Positions 58,898-64,000 of a DNA stretch of 64,000 nucleotides are shown piece by piece; the first letter of the stretch is position 1; each line of letters starts with the position of its first letter. Below the pieces are notes generated by a model. It worked only from the letters and a program-made list of their open reading frames with translations, searched no databases and was not told the origin of the DNA. Source of the stretch: a virus (taxonomy: Duplodnaviria; Heunggongvirae; Uroviricota; Caudoviricetes); IMG/VR virus record IMGVR_UViG_3300031707_004017; one strand, given 5' to 3'. A program made the translations under genes and the position numbers.

Positions 58898-59347
58898 TTA
58901 TTCGTCGCTGAGTTCTTCTTTGTAGTCGTCGTATTCGTTTAGTATTTGTTGTGCGTGTGGTCTTTGATTGTTTTTGTCCAGAATTTTTGGAATTTTGGGT
59001 GGTTGATGAGTGCTTTTGTTTCGTCTGTTGAGATTGTTTTCTGCTAGAGTTTGTAAATTTTGTTGTTCAGAGACTTCAAGTGCATCGTTGAAAGTTTTGT
59101 ATAGTTGTAGTTGTTTTTGTTAGCGAGGTATGAGATTTTTGAATGTTGATTTGGGTACGGGTTTTGCGTCGCCGACTTCGTAGAAGAAGTTGTCTATACC
59201 AGAAGCGCCGGGTTCGCCTTCAATGCCTGATGTTTCGTCTTCAATGTATTGATCGACTTTAGATTCAAAGTCAGTTGGAGTAGGTTTTTTGGGTGTTGGT
59301 GTTGATTTTTCACCAGTGATGTCTTCAATTAGTTTTTCAATTTGCAT
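58898..59347 (-). pseudogene. 149-codon reading frame interrupted by a single in-frame TAA at 59120..59122
   Basis: ORF 59120..59347 (75 aa) followed in the same frame by 73 further sense codons (QKQLQLYKTFNDALEVSEQQNLQTLAENNLNRRNKSTHQPPKIPKILDKNNQRPHAQQILNEYDDYKEELSDE) with no Met at all, ending at TAA 58898..58900. Confidence 0.5.
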
Positions 59348-59370
59348 GCTAGAGTCATAGATGTCATTGT

Positions 59371-59655
59371 TTAATTTCTTGTATTGCGGGGGTTATCACT
59401 GTTCATGTTATCACGTTTGATGATGTTTTTTGCATGAGATTGAGTTGTGTTGATTAATTCGTCGATTTGTTTTGATTTGTTAGGGTATTGTTTTTTGAGG
59501 TGTTTGGATTGTTCGTTAGCGTAGTTTGAGTTCCAGTTTCCATACAGTATACGTATAGATAAAGTAATAATCAATTTGCGGGTATGTGAGAGAGCGTGTT
59601 TTAGTATGCCGCAACCGATGTCTACCCTGACAACGTTGGGTATGACATGTTTCAT
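59371..59655 (-). CDS. hypothetical protein (94 aa)
   Basis: ORF track. Confidence 0.3.
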   Translation of the reverse strand: MKHVIPNVVRVDIGCGILKHALSHTRKLIITLSIRILYGNWNSNYANEQSKHLKKQYPNKSKQIDELINTTQSHAKNIIKRDNMNSDNPRNTRN

Positions 59656-59729
59656 CGTACAATAACCCTACTGGTGAGTAGGTCGTTGTCTATTAGAAGA
59701 TTTTAGAATATGTATTGATTGTATTTTCA

Positions 59730-59822
59730 CCTCATACATGGAGTGGGTTTTAACAGGCAATTTATGTTGACAGATTGCTTTACAAGTAGACATACGTAAT
59801 TTCTCTATAAGTTTTCATTAGA
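59730..59822. repeat. rearranged partial duplicate of the 5' end of gene 62830..63186
   Basis: ggcaatttatgttgacagattgctttacaagtagacatacgtaatttctctataagttttcatta (59757..59820) ~95% identical to 63047..63120; adjacent 24-nt piece inverted relative to 62970..62994; encodes MKTYREITY then frameshift. Confidence 0.7.
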
Positions 59823-59877
59823 TTTGTATGGTTCGTAGCGTTTGACCTATCGCACTTGATTGTCTGCTATGTTGAAC

Positions 59878-60105
59878 TTATGCTGTGCCTGTTCCGTGAC
59901 ACGCCGTGCATGTGTTAGGTAGATCATCGCTATTATGTGAACCAATGCCTGACCCGCGACAGATAGGGCATGGCATAATTAGCTTGTTGTGCGTAGTGCC
60001 CAATACAGCTGTATTTAGAGTTTGCCACGCCTCTTGACATTCGAAAAGTCGGTATCCATCATACACCAATTTTCGCAACACCTCTAAAGCATCGTCGTTC
60101 GTCAT
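59878..60105 (-). CDS. small Cys-rich protein, EAWQTL family
   Basis: ECQEAWQTLNTAVLGTTHNKLIMPCPICRGSG. Confidence 0.5.
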   Translation of the reverse strand: MTNDDALEVLRKLVYDGYRLFECQEAWQTLNTAVLGTTHNKLIMPCPICRGSGIGSHNSDDLPNTCTACHGTGTA

Positions 60106-60474
60106 GGCAAACTCCTATTATAAAGGATCTTTTCAAAATCTTTTTTGCTATTTTAACATTTTTTTTACTAAATATTCATTGTCAGATGATAAATTGTGTT
60201 TGACGCCGTTAATCTTTTTGCAATATGCTTTAAATCGATTTTCTGATAAATTGCAAAGTTCTTTAATTGATAGTATTTTCATGTTTTTTGCCCTTTCTGT
60301 TTTTGTTGCCACTCTATTTTTTTCATTTAAAGTTGGCAGATGTCTTACATAGTTAGACGACCGATGGAACGTTGCGGAAAGTTTCCTTTTACCCACAAGT
60401 GGACTGATCGCCCACTGTCTCCCGCCAATTCAAAGAGCGAAAACTTGCACACAACGTCCAACAAACGTGCGCCG

Positions 60475-60960
60475 CTACATTAAAACGATACCGCTACGAT
60501 GCTTAGACTGACAACCGTTAGGACACTCCATGTCACGACCGCAAGCAGGGCATGGCGTACTTTGTTTGTTGGTTGTCTGTTGAGCGAGTGCGGCAGTTTT
60601 CAGAGTTTGCCAAGCCTCATCACCTATCGGGCCTAATATTCTTAACATAGCAGACTTTTCAATAAAATCAATAGCTTCTTGTGGTGTCATGGCAAACTCC
60701 TTGCCATTGCACTTAGGGTAAATGTCAACCTTGCGTTGTTGCGCGGCCCGCTGCGGGCGAACAGTGCGGCCCGTTTCCTTAATGTTAAGGCAGCAGCGCA
60801 TCAACCGCCGCGTTAAATAACCTAATTCCCGCGTATCCATACTATCCACAAAATCATCACCACATTGCAAATTCATATATGACATGTTATTTGGCCGTTG
60901 ACCAATAACAACCAGACGATAATTAGAACAATCAAACCGATATTGTCTTTGCGCTGCCAT
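60475..60960 (-). CDS. small Cys-rich protein, EAWQTL family paralog (161 aa)
   Basis: GDEAWQTLKTAALAQQTTNKQSTPCPACGRDMECPNGC. Confidence 0.5.
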   Translation of the reverse strand: MAAQRQYRFDCSNYRLVVIGQRPNNMSYMNLQCGDDFVDSMDTRELGYLTRRLMRCCLNIKETGRTVRPQRAAQQRKVDIYPKCNGKEFAMTPQEAIDFIEKSAMLRILGPIGDEAWQTLKTAALAQQTTNKQSTPCPACGRDMECPNGCQSKHRSGIVLM

Positions 60961-61055
60961 GTAATAATATCCTTTCTTTAGGGCCGCATTGCGTGCAACG
61001 TCCGTGCTATGCTGAAGTAAAAACCTATAATAAATATAATCCTACCGTGCTGTTT

Positions 61056-61238
61056 TTATTTTAGCATAGCACTGTTGGTTGCTGTTGACTGTCGCCTCTT
61101 TAGTGTTTGTGGGCGTTGCTTGTCCACGTAGAAATGATTACACACTTTAATAGGCTCAACTTGTTCTGATAGCCACCTACCTTTTGAGGCTGCACGACAT
61201 TTATTAGAAGATTGACAATGATTGCACTGACAAACCAT
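61056..61238 (-). CDS. small Cys-rich protein (60 aa)
   Basis: SD AAGGAGA; MVCQCNHCQSSNKC. Confidence 0.45.
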   Translation of the reverse strand: MVCQCNHCQSSNKCRAASKGRWLSEQVEPIKVCNHFYVDKQRPQTLKRRQSTATNSAMLK

Positions 61239-61607
61239 AATTTCTCCTTGTTTTAGCGCCCACCTCTTAACTTTATTTCTCCTTATTTTATGTTGTAAAG
61301 TCTTCCGTTTATCTCAATCTTCACATCCTTTACTGATAAATCTCTCATCGCTTTCTCGTAGTTTGAAACATATTTTTGTAGTAGTGGCCCTGTTGAGAGT
61401 ATAAGGCCAAGAAAAATACCTATGGTTACATATTATTCCTCCGTCGCTATTTTTATCATCGGGGAATAGTGTCTTTAAATACCTATACAATAAGTCTCCC
61501 GCATTACCGAATCTATTACTATTAGTCGTTTCATTTGTTTTTTGTCTATTTCTTCTATTGGTCTGTATTAATTTTTTTCATGAATTTCACGTAATGTGTT
61601 TCTCCGA

Positions 61608-61901
61608 TCATGGGGATGCAGTTTTTATCCATCCCAGTTCGATATGCCATGGATTCGTCGTACATTTTTTAGGTAATAGTTTATTAGCTATCTCTTGGCA
61701 GCATTCCAGGCAAACTGATACGCTATCGTGACCGCCTTGATTGTAGCCGCTTAAAAATTTCGTATGACCGTGATGTTCACAGGATCCTTCTATGATCATT
61801 CCTGTCCCTTCTCCCATGTCTAAAGGTTTGTTTTCTATGAAAATTTCTTCATAGATCTCATCCCTGATTGAGTGTTTTCGTGGTCTGATTTCTATTATCA
61901 T
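61608..61901 (-). CDS. hypothetical His/Cys-rich protein (97 aa)
   Basis: GSCEHHGH...VCLECCQEIA possible metal site. Confidence 0.4.
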   Translation of the reverse strand: MIIEIRPRKHSIRDEIYEEIFIENKPLDMGEGTGMIIEGSCEHHGHTKFLSGYNQGGHDSVSVCLECCQEIANKLLPKKCTTNPWHIELGWIKTASP

Positions 61902-61913
61902 GAAGATCCTTTG

Positions 61914-62477
61914 TTAAGAAAGGCTTTTTGTATCGATTGATTTCCATACGAAAGCGTCTTGACTATATGATCTTGCTATATTCCTATTAGACATGACGTT
62001 TAGGACTATGCCGAGATTGAACTGTATCTTTATTTCTTTTCTATCAATAGAGATAAATTGTAAGTCCCCGTAGCTCACGATAAGATACCCGGATTTATTT
62101 AGTCTTTTTACTAATGTAGAAGCCATATCTTTGGCACGCTCATGGATTCTATTATACACGACTGCCCATAAGATATCACGTGTATTTTTATGCGCTTGTA
62201 ATCCAGGTAACACCATAGACACTGTGTAGCGTGGTATTTTCATTATGCCGTAATCTCCGCCTATATAGAATCCTTGTTTTTTTGAGTTTCTGTATTTTGG
62301 GTGAATTTCGACCCACACTCCTTTATCTGATTCAGGGAAAATAGTAGACCTTTTGTTTTTAGGTCTGTAGTAGAAAAGTACAGGTCCGGGAGTGTCATAG
62401 TAACAACCATCGGAGTTCACAAGATCTGTGTGATATGCTACTATTTTGTGAGTTGCTCTTTTTTTAAGATTCATCAT
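61914..62477 (-). CDS. hypothetical protein (187 aa)
   Basis: ORF track. Confidence 0.5.
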   Translation of the reverse strand: MMNLKKRATHKIVAYHTDLVNSDGCYYDTPGPVLFYYRPKNKRSTIFPESDKGVWVEIHPKYRNSKKQGFYIGGDYGIMKIPRYTVSMVLPGLQAHKNTRDILWAVVYNRIHERAKDMASTLVKRLNKSGYLIVSYGDLQFISIDRKEIKIQFNLGIVLNVMSNRNIARSYSQDAFVWKSIDTKSLS

Positions 62478-62521
62478 AAAGTTACTCCTAAAAGTTTCCT
62501 GAAATAAAGTACTGGTAATTA

Positions 62522-62806
62522 TCAGTCTATATCGAGTACTTCTTTAATGAAGCTCTGTCCCACTGGCGACCCCAGCCATTGGACCACCGTAGCCGCGACC
62601 ATACGGTCTCGCGGCCTCACCTCACCCTTTGGACAGTTGGAATCCACCGCCAGCATATAATCTAGAGTACCACGACCATCTAATTTTTTAGTAGAAGCAC
62701 TCACGTTCTGACGCTCCCATGCTTGCGCAAACTTCTTCTCCATGGGATTTTGCTTGAAACGATATTGATGCAGACCTTTGTTAAACATGGTGTATATAGC
62801 CTCCAC
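62522..62806 (-). CDS. hypothetical protein (94 aa)
   Basis: ORF track. Confidence 0.4.
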   Translation of the reverse strand: MEAIYTMFNKGLHQYRFKQNPMEKKFAQAWERQNVSASTKKLDGRGTLDYMLAVDSNCPKGEVRPRDRMVAATVVQWLGSPVGQSFIKEVLDID

Positions 62807-62829
62807 ACGTTGTTGCCTCTTTTATTTAT

Positions 62830-63186
62830 TTACGGAGAAACAAGTATATATGACGCTGTTTTTTCGTCCCATCGCAACGATAACCCTGCTGGTGGATTAG
62901 GATTACTACAGCATTTTTTATTAGGATAATATATTCTTTTGCAATTTCTACACCTTGGTTTATTAGATGTCAAAACCCACTCCATGCATGAGGTGAAAGT
63001 GCAATCAACGCATATTCCAAAATCTTTGCCTAATGGACAACGATCTACTGGCAATTTATGTTGACAGACTGCTTTACAAGTAGACATTGCATACGTAATT
63101 TCTCTATAAGTTTTCATTATTAGATTTTCCAAAAAATATGGATGTTCCCTCTGTATCTTCATCCCTACCAGAAAAGTGCATATCAT
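62830..63186 (-). CDS. Cys-rich zinc-binding protein (118 aa)
   Basis: CKAVCQHKLPVDRCPLGKDFGICVDCTFTSC...CRNCKRIYYPNKKCC. Confidence 0.5.
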   Translation of the reverse strand: MICTFLVGMKIQREHPYFLENLIMKTYREITYAMSTCKAVCQHKLPVDRCPLGKDFGICVDCTFTSCMEWVLTSNKPRCRNCKRIYYPNKKCCSNPNPPAGLSLRWDEKTASYILVSP

Positions 63187-63380
63187 ATTTTTTCTTTGCT
63201 GTTTTTATTCCTTTTCATAATAGTCACTATTTGAGGTAATAACCTTTCATGCATTCAGAGGCGATGTCAAATTTTGGATGCCTGCTTAGTGCAGCATCAT
63301 TAAATACTCGTGTGCCGGTCATGCTGCCAGCCTGTATATATTATTAATAGCGTTATGCATTGATTTCCTTTCAATATCAT

Positions 63381-64000
63381 TTACAATTGATAGTTTGAAA
63401 TTGTATTGGTCGCATACTTGTCACATACTTTTATGCATAATTCTTTAATTTTTTTGATATCAGGTGATTTTTTAAGTGTGCTAGTTTTATATAATTCTTC
63501 AGCTTTTTTGTCCATTTTGTCTGAATATTCTTTAATCTGTTCATAAGACCAGGCTCCATCTCGAATAGCTTTTAATTCATCAGCATCTATCTCAGTCCTG
63601 TCTACGTTGACTTTACCGGTTTCTAATATCTCTTGACACATACGAATGAGACGGACCAAATGCATCGCATGCTTGCAGTCATACCCAAATTTAGCCTCAA
63701 TTTCTGCTCTAGCTTTATTGCGTGTCTTTTTCCATTGAGCATATCTGTCCCATTCATGCTGAGCATGATAGTACTGTAACTCTTTGGTTGCTTCTTCAAT
63801 ATATTCGTCTTTAATATAGGACGGTCCTAAAGCTTTTAAAGTATTAGCTTGTGATTTTATACCGACCTGGAGATACTCTAGGGCTAACGCTCTACGGTCA
63901 TCTTTAACATATTGACTAAATAGAGGCATGATATAATTAGAGTATATGTCATCGAGTGAATCAAGAAAATTTTCTTTTTCTTCTTCGATGATGAAATCCC
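63381..64000 (-). CDS. partial CDS (open past window end); C-terminal region resembles KNTase-type predicted nucleotidyltransferase helical domain
   Basis: Reading frame continues upstream of listed Met with no stop to position 64000 (DFIIEEEKENFLDSLDDIYSNYIMPLF...); CKHAMHLVRLIRMCQEILETGKV motif. Confidence 0.45.
   Translation of the reverse strand, partial: DFIIEEEKENFLDSLDDIYSNYIMPLFSQYVKDDRRALALEYLQVGIKSQANTLKALGPSYIKDEYIEEATKELQYYHAQHEWDRYAQWKKTRNKARAEIEAKFGYDCKHAMHLVRLIRMCQEILETGKVNVDRTEIDADELKAIRDGAWSYEQIKEYSDKMDKKAEELYKTSTLKKSPDIKKIKELCIKVCDKYATNTISNYQL

Noticed and set aside
57300-59100. Large perfect palindrome or hairpin telomere around the 11-bp array
   Set aside because: The two flanks have mirrored base composition (CT-rich vs GT-rich) but are not reverse complements at the sequence level when compared by eye. 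I report it as a skew switch rather than an inverted repeat.

Overview
This 64 kb window looks like part of a large tailed bacteriophage, probably infecting a low-GC Gram-positive host. The evidence for the host is the dense gene packing, the strong GGAGG/AAGGAGG ribosome-binding sites about 7 nt upstream of many starts, and a phage-borne HPr that keeps both His15 and Ser46. All calls come from reading the sequence and the ORF translations by eye; no searches were run.

The window splits into four blocks:

1. **Structural / receptor-binding block (about 0.4–15.4 kb, all on the minus strand, AT-rich at roughly 30% GC).** It holds two giant beta-rich proteins of 1092 and 1479 aa; the larger carries two PKD domains and three LamG/ConA-like lectin modules, two of which are a recent tandem duplication. 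There are also three tandem NHL-repeat paralogs, a beta-helix plus Ig-domain fibre protein with a frameshift, and two small paralogous virion-type proteins.

2. **Auxiliary 'host-manipulation' block (15.5–37.6 kb).** It contains two vWA (TerY-like) proteins, a eukaryote-like kinase with a Zn-ribbon, a PP2C phosphatase, a STAS anti-sigma antagonist and an HPr. Around these sit an NAD+/ADP-ribose set: an isochorismatase-family nicotinamidase-like hydrolase, NAD+ synthetase NadE, a macro-domain protein and a Nudix hydrolase. The block also carries an archaeal-type Ogg 8-oxoG glycosylase, a triple-zinc-ribbon PD-(D/E)XK nuclease, a SAM methyltransferase-like protein, a frameshifted SPFH/band-7 gene and a cluster of small Cys-rich zinc-finger proteins.

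3. **GC-rich mosaic segment (about 38.5–57.9 kb).** Sampled 60-nt lines gave about 47% GC here against about 28% in block 2 (counted by eye on a few lines, not computed). The segment is bracketed by inverted copies of an ATCGCGCGCGTAAAGGAT(C/T)TTGACGAACGAAATTG element. It carries a GS-like amidoligase, a class II glutamine amidotransferase and a gamma-glutamyl cyclotransferase. It also has two paralogous minimal nucleotidyltransferase/ligase proteins, one fused to a DnaJ J-domain and one with an unusual KxNG motif I, plus a SWIM zinc finger and a recurring upstream regulatory element.

4. **Repeat-rich non-coding region and small paralogs (57–64 kb).** A roughly 2 kb non-coding stretch contains an exact 11-bp tandem array of about 30 copies of CCAGATATT(G/A)G. 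The plus-strand composition flips across the array, G-poor on the left and C-poor on the right. Small Cys-rich paralogous genes follow, one of which has an in-frame TAA.

No rRNA, tRNA or CRISPR array could be supported.
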